Assembly: GCF_006345805.1 (NCBI RefSeq)
Contig: NC_042997.1
Location: 195,486,001-195,550,000 of the forward strand
Reading direction: 5' to 3'
Source of the DNA: Octopus sinensis
Lineage: Eukaryota
DNA: 64,000 nucleotides
Shown here one piece after another: positions 49,251 to 63,805 of the stretch (the stretch's first letter is position 1; every line of letters starts with the position of its first letter). Below the pieces are notes generated by a model, which saw nothing but the letters and a program-made list of their open reading frames with translations, searched no databases and was not told where the DNA came from. Made by a program: the position numbers and the translations under genes.

Positions 49251-49892
49251 ACATATTTTCGCTTTGCTGAGAGAGAAACATAACAAAACACCAACCTCAA
49301 AAGCAAAGACAACCGCAGCGACAGCAACAGCAACAAAAAACAAAAGAGGTATTTTATAGTAGATCGAAAACTATTGGTTGCCTGACTTCAAGCCTTGCAA
49401 ACATTAAAAGCATCTTTTGATGTTTTAGTTTAATACTCAGTAAACCATACCATCTAGCATTAACGGCCATCTGGCTGTATATGTTATTACATAAACGTTC
49501 TAGCAAATATATAACATGTAATATATACATACATATATATATATATATATAATATATATAAATATGTTTATATATATATACTAATATATACATATATACA
49601 TATATATATATATGGGTATATAAGTGTATGTATATATAATATATATGTATATACGTACATTTATACATACATGCATACATGAGTGTACACTCTCCTATAT
49701 ATATATATATGCCACATGCATAAATATGCATGTATATATATGTGTGTTGTTCTATATGTGCATATAGTATATGCATATTTATATCTATATACCTATCTGT
49801 TTAACCTCTATATCTATCTAATTATATATAGGTGTGTGTATATACCTATATATGGATAGGCACACACAAGACATATATATGCATATATATAC

Positions 49893-49943
<51 letters not shown>

Positions 49944-49959
49944 TATATACATATATATA

Positions 49960-50004
<45 letters not shown>

Positions 50005-50101
50005 TACATATATACATAGACACATAGATGTATATAGAAATAGATAGATATAATGTGGGTGTATATATATTTATATATTATATATATGTATATTATATAT
50101 A

Positions 50102-50142
<41 letters not shown>

Positions 50143-50667
50143 CTACACATTTGCATGCTCACACACATTACTTAACCATGTATATACTTATATGTGAGTA
50201 AACTTATACATGCAATGCACATTTTTAGACTAAAATGATGTGCGTGTGATTATATATATATACATATATATATACATATATATATATACAAACATGTATG
50301 AATAAGTATATACATACATGATTAGTGGACTTTGATCTGATTTTTTAACAGTTTTATTTTGATGTTTTCATATCTATCATTACAAACCTTTCACAGATTT
50401 CCTTCATAATTCAGTTGAGTGATAAATCAGTTTATTGATAAATATATTTAGTTATATTATTAACATATTAGGTAATTCCATTATATAGAAAATAATTTCT
50501 GAAAAACTGTATTTTCTAGAAATTCAATTATCGATAATGCAAAGAACGTCTGATTGGTTAAATACATACATACATACATACATACATACATACATACATA
50601 CATACATACATACATACATACATACGTACATACGTACATACATACATACATACACATATATATAGAT

Positions 50668-50699
<32 letters not shown>

Positions 50700-51600
50700 C
50701 AGTTTATATCTATCTCACTATCTATCTACGCACACCCATTTACATACACATGTGTATGTTTCTACTGGTTATGGAAGCTGTGAAGTTTTCGGTGCAACTA
50801 TCGCTCACTATAGCGCAATATCTATTAAATATCTTATCATATCTATGGTCTACAGGGAAATGCTTGTTTATAATATTTATGAAAATTCTGGTAACATTGG
50901 AACGCATATTCTAACTAAAGGTGGTATCATGCCATGCAATATTCATTTCTTATTGCGCTTATGAATCTTATTGTTGTTTTGCATAATGCTTTCTATCTTT
51001 GTAGCCACTATATTTTAATGCGTCATTATATTAAAGAGAAGAAAGGTTAAAGGACTCTCCATTAAGGGATGAACTGGTTACATGCATACCTATGTTGTTA
51101 ACGACGTGTTTATGCATTATCTAGGGACCCTTAGTATTTACTGGGTTTACTACAAAGGCAGTGTTAGTAGCACCAAAACCTAAAGTGTATGGGACTAATG
51201 TCTCCCTTGCAGTGAAACAAAAGGCAATATAGGGCTTAGTGAAAATTTCTCTTTAATAATATTCTTTCTGTCTATCTATCTCTCTCTCTCTGTCTCTCTC
51301 TCTTTATATATATATATATATATATTGGCGACTGGCTTTACTGCTTAGTATAGTTACTTCTCTGGTCTCTTCGTGAAATTTTACAAGTAGCTATTTTGCT
51401 TGTTGCAAATCAGTGACCAACGGTCACTTTGTTTACAGTACATTGTTAGAGTTAGCGGATTCTAGCTATCGCTCTGACGTACAGGTGCTCGCGACTGAAG
51501 GATGAGCCAAATAGTTCGAATTGTATTAGTATTGAGTACTCTTTTTTTCACCTTGTTTCACATTTATGTTGCTTACTTCGGAATATATATATATATATAT

Positions 51601-51843
51601 ATACTAAGTAATTAAGGGTTTAGCAACGAATTGCCTCACCAACACACCGAATTTAGAAATAGCAGTCAAGAGATATAGCTATTCCTTCTACTAAAAGGGG
51701 GATCTCAGTAAAACACAGCACTTGTGTTTTTTTACTGAGATCCCCCTTTTAGTAGAAGGAATAGCTATATCTCTTTGACTGCTTATTTCTAAATCGGTGT
51801 GTTGGTGAGGCAATTCGTTGCTAAACCCTTAATTACTTAGTAT
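51601..51843. repeat. Near-perfect 243-bp palindrome
   Basis: Arms meet at loop GCACT (51718-51722). Differences are homopolymer indels only. Confidence 0.9.
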
Positions 51844-52004
51844 TACTTAAATTTTCCTCGAATGGGGCTTTTACAATGCTGAAATCTACTTGGTGTAATT
51901 GATAATTATCCCTATTAATTAATTTCACCTTTTATTATTACTGATATATATATATATAAATATTATATAATATATATATATATATATATTATATATGTAT
52001 ATTT

Positions 52005-52146
52005 GAATCTTTCCTTTTCCTATGTTTTCTGACGAACGTTAAACCCTCCTTCTTTCCTTCTTTCCTGAGCGTCCAATAATACTATACTTGTTCCACTTCC
52101 TCGCTTGTTGTGTTTTTGTCTTGTGTTTTCATGTTTGGATTAACTT
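52005..52146 (+). mobile_element. Penelope-type tail with stem II of the hammerhead deleted
   Basis: CCTATGTTTTCTGACGAA|CGTTAAACCCTCC..., otherwise matching 44230-44368. Confidence 0.6.
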
Positions 52147-52184
<38 letters not shown>

Positions 52185-52212
52185 GTGTGTGTGTGTATCT
52201 CCTCTCTCTCTT

Positions 52213-52246
<34 letters not shown>

Positions 52247-52439
52247 ATCATATGGAGTTTTAAGGCAATGATATTAACAATTACCAAATCTACTGGGTCG
52301 TTTTGGAACACGCGTCTGTTATAGACTTGCAATTATGACCAATAAATCAGTATTGGCTTATTGTTCAAAATTGCAAGTTTATAATGGAATTTCCCTCCAT
52401 CATCCAGGTAAAATACCAATCTATCTATCTATCTATCTA

Positions 52440-52766
52440 TGATGTGGGTGGTATCTTACAACTGGTACAGCAGAGCCGATATTTTTTTTATCACAACGTG
52501 GTGGTTCAGTGGTATCTTTAACCCTCTTGTTTATCAGGTATTTAGTAGCTATCTCCTGTTCCTGGATAGCGAAGGCATCCTTCTTGGTGGGATGTAATGT
52601 ATCTATCGCAGGTCCAAGAGAGACTACCACCCGGTCAATGCTGTTGTTTCCCTCTAGCCTGCGGGATATATTCCCATGCATTGTTTTTTGTTGGTATGAT
52701 GCCCGCACCGCCTGCAAGTTTCTGTTTAGGAAGGCCAGTTCAGCCCCATTTGGGTCGTACAGGACA
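52440..52766 (-). mobile_element. R4/Dong-like non-LTR retrotransposon relic (post-RT region)
   Basis: YQQKTMHGNISRRLEG...AIQEQEIATKYLINKRVKD resembles the KxLHG and AIQDQVIATRNY motifs of RLE-type LINEs. Confidence 0.6.
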
Positions 52767-52977
52767 GTTAGCACGCCGGGCGAAATGCGTAGCCGTATTT
52801 CGTCTGCCGTTACGTTCCGAGTTCAAATTCCGCCGAGGTCGACTTTGCCTTTCAACCTTTCGGGGTCGATAAATTAAGTACCAGTTACGCACTGGGGTCG
52901 ATATAATCGACTTGATCCGTTTGTCTGTCCTTGTTTGTCCCCTCTGTGTTTAGCTCCTTGTGGATAGTAAAGAAATA
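52767..52977 (+). mobile_element. 5'-truncated SINE family B
   Basis: Matches 43562-43792 from GTTAGCACGCC onward. Confidence 0.9.
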
Positions 52978-52987
52978 TATATTCTCA

Positions 52988-53640
52988 GAGTATCCGCACA
53001 GTAGTTCTACATACTTAATACTTACATAAATTTGCAGTTACTCTGTCCAGATTGCAAGTTCAGGTTTATACCTGTAATTACTGAGGCCCTGCGATATGTA
53101 ACACACTACTTAAATACTAATCTTGAACAATTAGGCTTCTCAAAATCAGAAAGGAGAAAGCTAATTCGAAGACTACTGATCCAATCCAATAGTGAAACTG
53201 TAAAAATCTGTAAAACTTCCTAGAAGTTTATCATTTAAATATATATGAGCGTGTCTAGATATGTAACTATATGCATGAGTATACATACATAAAACAAACA
53301 AATCTGCACATACATACATAAATACATACATACATACATACATACATACATACATACATACATACATACATACATACAAACAAACAAAAATACCCTGTTG
53401 TTGATGTTGAAATTCCAATGAAGGTTCTTTCTCTATTAGCAAGAAATCTTGAAATAAACTGAATAATGATATACATACATACATACATACATACATACAT
53501 ACATACATACATACATACATACCCTGTTGTTGATGTTGAAATTCCAATGAAGGAGCCTTGGATCTAGGTTAGAAACCAGCTCTCTCTCTCTATTGGCAAG
53601 AAATCTTGAAATAAAACTGAATAATGACATACATACGTAC
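52988..53640 (+). mobile_element. 3' end of an RLE-type (R4-like) LINE with (TACA)n tail
   Basis: FIPVITEALRYVTHYLNTNLEQLGF...IQSNSETVKICKT resembles VIPVVIGALG...LQKAxLLGTARI. The 3' UTR segment is duplicated. Confidence 0.6.
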
Positions 53641-53728
53641 GTATGTATGTGTGTGTTTTTCTAATCTATGTGTGTATTTGTGTGTGTTGTGTAGTATAGC
53701 GTGTCTATGGTATGTGTGTGTGTGTGTG

Positions 53729-53786
<58 letters not shown>

Positions 53787-54257
53787 TTCAATATGGAATC
53801 ACAGGGAAAATATGTAATTCCAAGTTTCGGATAAATATACTACACTGAAGATTAAGTGTTAAATCTAATCAAACCAAATCAATACAATTGCTAAGCTCAA
53901 GTGATCAGACATAGCTCGATTCGATCTTAACGAGTGAACATGCGAAGGAAGTAGCTTTACTTCCGTTCTAAGTGGGCTCTGGGAATTTTTTTAAAAATTT
54001 AAATATACGCCCTTTAATTGTGAGTTTGAGCAGATAGAAAGTAACTTTAGGGGAACTAGTTGGTAAGATTAATCGTGATAAATATGTAACGCCTCTCGCT
54101 AGGTCAACTGTGAGTGTTTAATTATAAATGAGAATTTAAAAAAAAAGAAATGAAAAGAGTCATTATTGAAATAGTAATGGAATAAAAATATATCAAACTA
54201 TTTCAAAATTTAATGAATATCAAAAAATATAAATATTCTTTTCTACTTTTGGCCCGA

Positions 54258-54607
54258 AATTTTGGGGTGAGGGCCATTTAATTACATCGACCTCAGGACA
54301 CAACGGTACTTAATTTATCGATCCCGAAAGGATGAAAGGAAAAGTCGACCTCGGCGGAATTTGAACACAGAACTTAAAGACAGACGAAATACCTATTTCT
54401 TTACTGCCTACAAGGGCTACACACATAGGGGACAAACAAGGACATACAAACGGATTAAGTCGATTATATCGACCCCAGTGCGTAACTGGTACTTATTTAA
54501 TCGACCCCGAAAGGATGAAAGGCAAAGTCGGCGGAATTTGAACTCAGAACGTAACGGCAGACGAAATACCGCTAAACACTTCGCCCGGCGCGATAGCGTT
54601 TCTACCA
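54258..54607 (-). mobile_element. SINE family B, composite with duplicated core
   Basis: Reverse-complement core repeated. Confidence 0.8.
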
Positions 54608-54864
54608 GCCTTAATATAAATGTAAATATTATAATACAATATATTGGTATGGGATGGAAAATGTAATAAAAAATAAGAAATATTGGATAGTTGAGTTAAT
54701 AAATTTGGAAATTGAAGGAAAAAAAGATTTGAGGTTAAAAAGGGGAGTATTAAATAAGAACTTAAAAATAAAAAGATTATGTGAAATTAAAATGAAAAAG
54801 CAAACAAATTAAAAGTCAAATATATACCCAGGTACATAAAGATACAGCTAAACATGTATGTATG

Positions 54865-54900
<36 letters not shown>

Positions 54901-55085
54901 CTCTGATGAATAAGTATCCGGACTATTGCCATAGCAACGAAGCTAAAGCACGCATGCGCACTAAATTTTAACATTCTATCTCACTTCCGCTGCTTACAGT
55001 ATTGCTTGGAAGGAAGGTGTGTAGCATGTGATCATCGCATTGACCATGACAGAGAAAGTTGAGCAGAAAATCTACATGAAATTTG

Positions 55086-55140
<55 letters not shown>

Positions 55141-55162
55141 CTTATTATTATTATTGTTATTA

Positions 55163-55228
<66 letters not shown>

Positions 55229-55617
55229 GTTTAACTTTTGCTTTGCATTTGTACATGTTGGCTCCAAGTCTCACCCAGAGACCTCAAGAGACAACAAGTT
55301 AGAAGTTCATGCTGGTGTTATTCCTAGGGTGCCATAATTTTTGGTTTTGTACATAATGTTGTTCTAGAGAATGTTTAAGAAACCATAAGAAAATTATGTG
55401 TTTGTTTTAAAACTTGAGATTACATAGAAAGTATTTTGCGTAGGATATGAGCAGTTCCCATGAGCACTATCTTTTGAATTTCTGCCATTTTGGGGTTTCC
55501 TGGTATCTGAGCTAGGTAGCAATCAGCCCCTTTTGCTATCGTTCCCAGGGCACCTATGACAACAGGTATTGTTTTAGTCTTCAGGTTCCACATTTTGCTA
55601 ATTTCTATTTCAAGATC

Positions 55618-55694
<77 letters not shown>

Positions 55695-56120
55695 GTTGTT
55701 GTTGTTGTTGTTGTTGTTTACAGTTTGACCGACAGTTGTAAAAAATATTTTTTTGTAACTAAACACTTTCAAACTTCGTATACTTGTAGAATGTGTCACA
55801 TAAAATATGTTTTACTCTTGGCGTTGTTGAGAAAATTCTGTATTTTGGAAGTTACTTTTTGTTAAAGTTGTCGTATTTCTGTAATTTCAACCAATCAATG
55901 ACGTGTATTCAGCTGAATAAAATTACTGCCGTTGTTTGTCAACAACAGCTTCCGGCGGTGAATATTTCATTTGTCACTGTTATTTATGACATATTTAATC
56001 TTAGTTACGTTTGTATGAATAAACGACCGTATCTGAAGCATGTTTACTTCATAAGACAACCAGATCAGGGACGATCCGGGGACTATACAAAAGTAGCAGT
56101 AGTAGCAGCAGCAGCATCCA

Positions 56121-56712
56121 TTCTACTATAAGCACAAGGCCTGGAATTTCGAGGAAGTGGGGTTAGTCGATTACATCGATCCCAGTACTCAATTGGTACT
56201 TATTTTATCGACTCCGAAAGGATGAAAGGTAAAGTCGACCGCAGCAGATTTTGAACTCAGATCGTAAAGACGGATGAAATGCTGCTAAGCGTTTGATCCG
56301 GCGTACTAACGATTCTTTTTTACTCTAGGCATAAGGCCTCAAAATTTTGGGGAGGGGGCCAGTCGATTAGATCGACCTCAGTACGTAACTGGTACTTAAT
56401 TTATCGACCCCGAAAGAATGAACGGCAAAGTCGACCTCGTCGGAATTTGAACTCAGACCGTAAAGACGGACGAAATACCTATTTCTTTATTACCCACAAG
56501 GGGCTACACACAGAGGGGACAAACAAGGACGGACAAACGAATTAAGTCGATTACATCGACCCCAGAGCGTAACTGGTACTTAATTTATCGGCCTCGAAAG
56601 GATGAAAGGCAAAGTCGACCTCGGCGGAATTTGAACTCGGAACGTAACGGCAGACGAAATACGGCTACGCATTTCGCCCGGTGTGCTAACGATTCTGCCA
56701 GCTCTCCACCTC
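56121..56712 (-). mobile_element. Stacked SINE family B copies
   Basis: Three GTCGAT...GAAAGG...AAAGTCGACC cores. Confidence 0.8.
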
Positions 56713-57277
56713 AGCAACAACAGTAATATGAACAACCAAATGTTTGCTTTGGTATAATTGTTAGCACGTCTGTCTTGTTTACAGGTGATGTGAGTTCGAG
56801 TTCCACGGAAAGCAGTCTAATGGTTGAAACAAATGAATGAAATAATATAAAAAAGTACTATCAGAAAAATCTCCTTTAAACCCTTTATATATTCTTACCT
56901 CCTTTGTCCTATAGCTGTAAACTCATAACTATTTGTTAAACGAAACCCCTGATATAAGCATTACCTGTTTGCTTTTTACGTCATTATTTTTTTAAATTAG
57001 GAAATACATAAAAATGCAAAATATAAACACTCAGCAGAAAATTTTTTTATATCCTATCATTTACGCAATGTATTACTTTCATTTAATTTTATGAAAATTC
57101 GTATCATCGATGTATTAAGGACGAAATTAATAATTCACAAATAGAGAATTCTGAATATCTAAAAAAAAATATTCTATAAGCTGTAAACATAAAAATAGAA
57201 GAGGAAGGGAAAAAATTTGAATATTGATGCTTAAAAAATAGATCTAAATCATAAAAAAATGAGGGAAGACATTTTAA

Positions 57278-57334
<57 letters not shown>

Positions 57335-57376
57335 CTATCTATCTATCTTAATATTACCTATCTATCTTAATATTAC

Positions 57377-57442
<66 letters not shown>

Positions 57443-57467
57443 GTCTATCTATCTATCTATCTGTATG

Positions 57468-57510
<43 letters not shown>

Positions 57511-58124
57511 GCTTGCCTATCTGTCTGTCTGCCTGTCTGTTTAACTAGGTAGATTGAGAGCTACATCTTCCGTTACTTGTGTATATATGTACATATATAT
57601 ATATATCAAGATACCTCCCTCCATATTTATATTTGCACTTTCGTATATCCATGAATACATATATATGCACATATACATACCCATAGTTATGCATGTGTCT
57701 ATGTATACCTATATATATATATATACATATATTTATACACACATGCACACACAACCACACAAACACACATACTGATTTAAACTGATATTTTTTCTCGTTA
57801 TTTGCTTCCATACCTTGTAATCCTTCAGGCTGCCAGGCTTTGTTTTCGTTTTTCCTTTTTAAAAATGGATGTCATATACATCGAAGCGTGTTCGTCTTCA
57901 GTCTCTGTTTATCAATTTTATTATATGTTGTTAAATATTATTTAGTTAGGATAATGTTTTTCTTTTATTATTGTCGTGCCGTTTTGTTTGGCAATATCCA
58001 CGGTTGGTTTTCTTTATAGGGTGAACTCATTACCATATTCAGTTTTACTAAATTTTCATTGCGTTTTAGTCTGAATTTACTCTATGGTAGTTTTTTCTGA
58101 TGTCACTAAATTTTGTTATGCTTC

Positions 58125-58330
58125 TTCTATTTTACTTGTTTCAGTCATATGACTGCGGCCATGTTGGAGCAACGCCTTTATAGTCGAGCAAATCGACCCC
58201 AAAGCTTATTCTTTGTAAGCCTAGTACTTATTCTATCGGTCTCTTTTTGTCGAACCGCTGAGTTATGGGGACGTGACACACCAGCATCGGTTGTCAAGCG
58301 ATGCTGGGAGGACAAACGGACACACATACA

Positions 58331-58401
<71 letters not shown>

Positions 58402-58572
58402 ATACACATATATACGATGGGCTTCTTTCAGTTTCCGTCTACCAAATCCACTCACAAGGCTTCGGTCGGCCCGAGGCTAAAGTCGAAGACACTTGCCCAA
58501 GGTGCCACGCCGTGGGACTGAACCCAAGACCATGTGGTTCGTAAGCAAGCTACTTGCCACACAGCCACTCCT
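58125..58572 (-). mobile_element. Full-length SINE family C
   Basis: Reverse complement of the 38443-38945 layout. Confidence 0.85.
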
Positions 58573-59058
58573 GTTTGTAGAGTGTTGTTTTGTTTTGCTT
58601 GTTATATCTCGGCTTCTAAATTCTCATTAGTTTTTATTGATTAATTCGTTGACCACTCTCTTTTCCTGGTCGATCTTGTAGCTGAGTTTGTCCAAATTCT
58701 TATGCATGGCTCGGAAATGTATCACTACCATTTCCACCGCTATTTTGTAATTAGATATTTACTCTGTTTGCAAAACAAAACAGTTTTGAAGCACAGAAAT
58801 TTCTGATGTCATTCCGATTCTTCTATTGACAAAGCATATTTGTTGCGTTATTATGTTGTATATTTCTGAGATGCACGGAAGACATGTCCAAGCACCGTTT
58901 ATTGTCTATTACATAAACAATGATACAGAAATACCTTGTGGTCATCAATGATTCATAGGCGAGTATGATCAGCACTGAACAATTATCTTATCCAAGATGT
59001 TAAAGACAATGGCTCTCAGTAATGTTCGTGCATGTATACATACATACATAGGAGGATA

Positions 59059-59437
59059 GGAGCACTCCGTCGGTTGCGACGACGAGGGTCCCAGCTGATA
59101 CGATCAACGGAACAGCTTGCTCGTGATATTAACGTGCAAGTGGCTGAGCACTCCACAGACACGTGTACCCTTGACGTAGTTCTCGAGGAGATTCAGCGTG
59201 ACACGCAGAATGTGACAAGGCTGGCCCCTTTGAAATACAGGTACAAGAGAAACAGGAAGAAAGAGCGAGAGAAAGTTGTTGTGAAAGAGTACAGCAGGGT
59301 TCACCACCACCCCCTGCCGGAGCCTCGTGGAGCTTTAGGTGTTTTCGCTCAATAAACACTCACAATGCCCGGTCTGGGAATCGAAACCGCGAAACTGCGA
59401 GTCCGCTGCCCTAACCACTGGGCCATTGCGCCTCCAC
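59059..59437 (-). mobile_element. Full-length SINE family A
   Basis: Matches 42718-43106. Confidence 0.9.
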
Positions 59438-59495
59438 TACATACATACATACATACATACATACATACATACATACATACATACATACATACATA

Positions 59496-59700
59496 GTTAA
59501 TCCAAACATGAAAACACCAAGAGAAAACTCAACAACACGAGGACGTGGAACAAGTATAGTGTTATTGGACGCTCAGGAAAGAAGGAAAGAAGGAGGATTT
59601 AACATTTCGAGCGGGGCTCTTCGTCAGAAACATAGGAAAAGGAAAGATCCAAAGAAGGGAAGACGGAGGAAAAAAATCGGCAACGGTACACACGCGGTCA
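59496..59700 (-). mobile_element. Penelope-type tail with hammerhead motif (59597-59631)
   Basis: Minus strand reads GTTT-CTGACGA-A-GAGC(CCC)GCTC-GAAA-TGTT-AAAT. Confidence 0.6.
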
Positions 59701-59814
59701 CATACATACATACATACATACATACGCATGCATACATGTGTGCATGTATGCATGTATGCATGTATGCATGCATACATACATGTATACATACATAAGTACG
59801 TACGTACATAAATA

Positions 59815-60185
59815 CGGGGCCCTGAGATATGTAACACACTACCTAAATACCAATCTTGAGAAATTAGGTTTCTCGAAACCAGAAAGGAGAAAGCTGATTC
59901 GAATACTACAGACCCAATCTATCACTGGAAGTGTAAAAATTTGTAAAACTTTTCCATTTAAATATATATGAGCATGTCTAGAATGCAACTATACGCATGC
60001 AAAGACATACGTAAAGCAAAACATACAAATCTGCACATATACAAACATACGTACATACATACATACATACATACATACATACATACATACATACATACAT
60101 ACATACAACAAAAATACCCTGTTGTTGATGTTGAAATTCCAACGAAGAAGACTTGGATCTAGGTTAAAAACCGGCTCTTTCTTTT
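59815..60185 (+). mobile_element. 3' end of the same RLE-type LINE as 52988
   Basis: GALRYVTHYLNTNLEKLGFSKPERRKLIRILQTQSITGSVKICKTF plus a matching UTR. Confidence 0.65.
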
Positions 60186-60247
60186 GTGGTAGATGTCTGC
60201 TATGGAATTTGTCTTGTGGTAATTTTATATAATGTATGATTATTTAT

Positions 60248-60518
60248 GTGGAGGCACATGGCTTAGTGGTAAGGGTGTCAGCATCATGATCGTAAGATTG
60301 TGGTTTCGATTCCTGGACCGGGCGACGCGTTGTGTTCTTGAGCAAAACACTTCATTTCACGTTGCTCCAGTCCACTCAGCTGGCAAAAATAAGTAACGCT
60401 GCGATGGACTGGCGTCCCGTCCAGCTGGGGAACACATACGCCATGGAAACCGGGTAACCGGGCCCATGAGGCTGGCTAGGCTTTAAAAGGGCGCATTTAT
60501 TTATTTATTTATTTATTT
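60248..60518 (+). mobile_element. Full-length SINE family G with TSD
   Basis: tRNA-like head, CORE-like middle and (TTTA)n tail. TSD TATGATTATTTAT at 60235-60247 and 60519-60531. Confidence 0.9.
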
Positions 60519-60539
60519 TATGATTATTTATCGCTAGGT

Positions 60540-61010
60540 ATCAAGTTCTGCCTTCTATTATAAACTTGTTACTCCAGGTCCTTCTCTGTTCACTGCTTTG
60601 TATAAGGTAAAGAAGGCTGCATTACATGTTTAAGTTATGCTGTCCAGAAAGAGTTTATGGTGAGTGTCTTTGTTTGATGTATACAGATATTTCGTTTTGT
60701 CTGCGAATATGAATATTTTTAATGACCTTTGTAGTGATATGATGTCTAGATGTGGTTGCATTGGAAACTGCTTCTTTGACCTTTCAATTTTTTCTTTATA
60801 ATGTCTCTGAGCGATACTTCAAATTTCTCTTAAGTTCTTTAGCTGCTGTGAGCAACGTGTGTTCTGAAATTTCTTGTATGACTTTACCATTATGTCTTTT
60901 TTTTTCGTGATGGCGTGCTTTTTACCACCTACGTTTAATTCAATCTTCTGGTTTGTGGACTGGACATTTAGAGTACACATTTTTATACGCACAGAAATTT
61001 TCTTTGTGCT
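60540..61010 (-). mobile_element. Penelope-like element RT N-terminal relic
   Basis: Frameshifted IKRRW*KA / EKFEVSLRDII / LDIISLQRSLKIFIFADKTKYLY...LFLDSIT resembles the PLE motifs IKRMRWKA and ADKTxNLY...NITKTY. Confidence 0.6.
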
Positions 61011-62232
61011 TCTCCACAGTCAGTTTGCTTTTCGATTTAAAACAAATCTCACTCATACGACAAAGTCAATACTTGTACAATAACTGTAAAATAAACTACT
61101 TACAGAATACTTTTTAGGCTATGCCGATTCCTCACCATCTTCATGAAAACATAATGAGCAACTCATAATGTGCAACTCCCGGCGAACAGTTTTTGTGGAA
61201 ACTGGGTTCTCGATGTTGGTCATTCAACTCTGCAGTGCTCTTGGGAGTTGTACTTTTGTGATCCTTTCTGAGAATTTGCGCAAGAGTCCGACGGTCCCTA
61301 TCTGAAAGTTTTGGTTTTCTTTCGGAGTTTTGTTTCGACGAGGAGGTGTTTCCCTCTTTCTCATAGGCTGTTATTACTTTTGAGACAGTACTTCTTGATA
61401 CACCAAATATTTAAGCTGTTTTTCGTTACGCTAGCGCTTGTCATACGAGCACCAGCAATTTGACCTCTTTGAAAGTTCGATAGATCTGTGATTTTAAGGA
61501 ATTCTAATTACCTTTTTTCTGATGATATCTGAAAAGAAACAGCAATTTTAGCAAAATATTTTAAGCAACACTAATAATAAATAATAAAAAAACATAAAAA
61601 TGAACAAGCTTTTGACGGTTTTATATATATTTCAAAATTATGTTGCTATTATGCTAGGTGTTTCCATTATTTTGTCCAATCCCCGTATGTGTTTGTGTGT
61701 ATGCGCGCGTGTGTGTGTATGTATGCATTGGTGTGTGTGTGTGTGTATGTCTGTGTGTGTATGTATGTATTGGTGTGTGTGTTTGTGTGTGTGTGTGTAT
61801 CTGTATTTGTCTCCCTATCACCGCTTGACAACCGGTGTTGTTGTGTCCCCGTGACTCAACGGTTCGGCAAATGACACCGATGGAATAAGTACCAGGCTTG
61901 AAAAATAAGTATTGGGATCGATTATTTCGACTAAAAATTTAAGGTGGTGCCCCAACATGGCCGCAGTCTAATGACTAAAACGAGTAAAATGTCAAATAAA
62001 AAAATGACATATATACAGAAATACATACATAGATACCTAGATACATACATACATACATATATACATACATACATACATACATACATACACACACACATAC
62101 ATACATACATGCATACATACACACATACATACATACATACACAGATACACACATACAGACACAGACAGATAAAGAAGCACGTATTGCAGTACACACATAA
62201 ACATATATACACAAGCATAAAAATACTCTTAA

Positions 62233-62266
<34 letters not shown>

Positions 62267-62471
62267 AGAGAGAAGAAGAGAGAGGGGGAGGTATATATAT
62301 AATTATATAGATGGATAGAGAGAGAGGTAGGTATATAGATAGGCAGAGAGACAGAGAGTCAGAGGGAGAAGGGGACAGATACAGAGGAGGAATGCACATA
62401 CGCGCATGCACACTCACACATATATGTAACAACACATTTAGGCACATACGTTTTGGTATTTAGACATGCGG

Positions 62472-62852
62472 GTGGAGGCGTTATGGCCCAGTGGTTAGGG
62501 CAGCGGACTCGCGGTCGTGGGATCGCGGTTTCGATTCCCAGACCGGGCGTTGTGAGTGTTTAGTGAGTGAAAACACTTAAAGCACCACGAGTCTCTGGCA
62601 GGGGCTGGTGGCGAACCTCGCTGTACTCTTTAACCACAACTATCTCTCAATCTTTCTTTCTGTTTCTGTTGTGCCTGTATTTCAAAGAGCCAGCCTTGTC
62701 ACACTCTGTGTCAAGTTGAATCTCCCCCGAGAACTATGTTACGGGTACACGTGTCTGTGGAGTGCTCAGCCACTTGCACACTAATTTCACGAGAAGGCTG
62801 TTCCGTTGATCGGATCAACTGGAACCCTCGTCGTCGTAACCGACGGAGTGCC
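62472..62852 (+). mobile_element. SINE family A, full length
   Basis: GGAGGCGTTATGGCCCAGTGGTTAGGGCAGCGGACTCGCGG...AACCGACGGAGTGCC. Confidence 0.85.
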
Positions 62853-62854
62853 GC

Positions 62855-63208
62855 AATAGACACGCGAACACAAATATACAGTGACATAAGTAGCACACAT
62901 AAACACACACATAAAGGCACAAAGAGAGAGAGAGAGGGAGAGAGAGAGTGTGTGTGAGAGAGAGAGAAAGAGAGAGAGATACAGAAAGAGAATCCACACA
63001 CACACACATCACAACACACAAAACACTCGCACACACACACACACACACATATTTATATAACCACATATTTGGGCACATACGCATAAATACATAGACACGC
63101 GAACACAAATATACAGTGACACAAGACACCGCGCCACACACAAGTACGCATACAGATGTACAGAGCAATTCACACAGACACACACTCACGCTCACACACA
63201 CACACACA

Positions 63209-63248
<40 letters not shown>

Positions 63249-63758
63249 ACACACACCGTTGGCCAACATCATTCTTCCTTACACTACTACACACAGAAAG
63301 ATATCCAACGAAGATCGCTAAGAGTAACAGCGACCTTTTACGCAGTACACATCTCTGTCTTACTATTGGTGAAAGACAGAGAGACAGAGAGTCAGAGGGA
63401 CAGAATGTGAAAGACAGATTAGAGAGATAGAGAGAGAAAGAGGGGGGGAGAGAGAGAGAGAGGAGAGAGAGAGGGAGAGAGAGAGAGTGTGTGTGAGAGA
63501 GAGAGAACGAGAGAGAGATACAGAAAGAGAGAATCCACACACACACACACACACATAACACACACAAAACCATCCCCCACACACACACACAACACATATT
63601 TATATAACCACATATTTGGGCACATACGCATAAATACATAGACACGCGAACACAAATATACAGTGACACAGACACTGCGCCACACACAGTACGAATACAG
63701 ATTTACAGAGCAATTCACACAGAACACACATCACGTCACACACACACACACACTCACA

Positions 63759-63805
<47 letters not shown>

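Noticed and set aside
51500-51535. Possible extra hammerhead (CTGAAGGATGAGCC...TTCGAAT)
   Set aside because: The core spacing and stems could not be made to fit.
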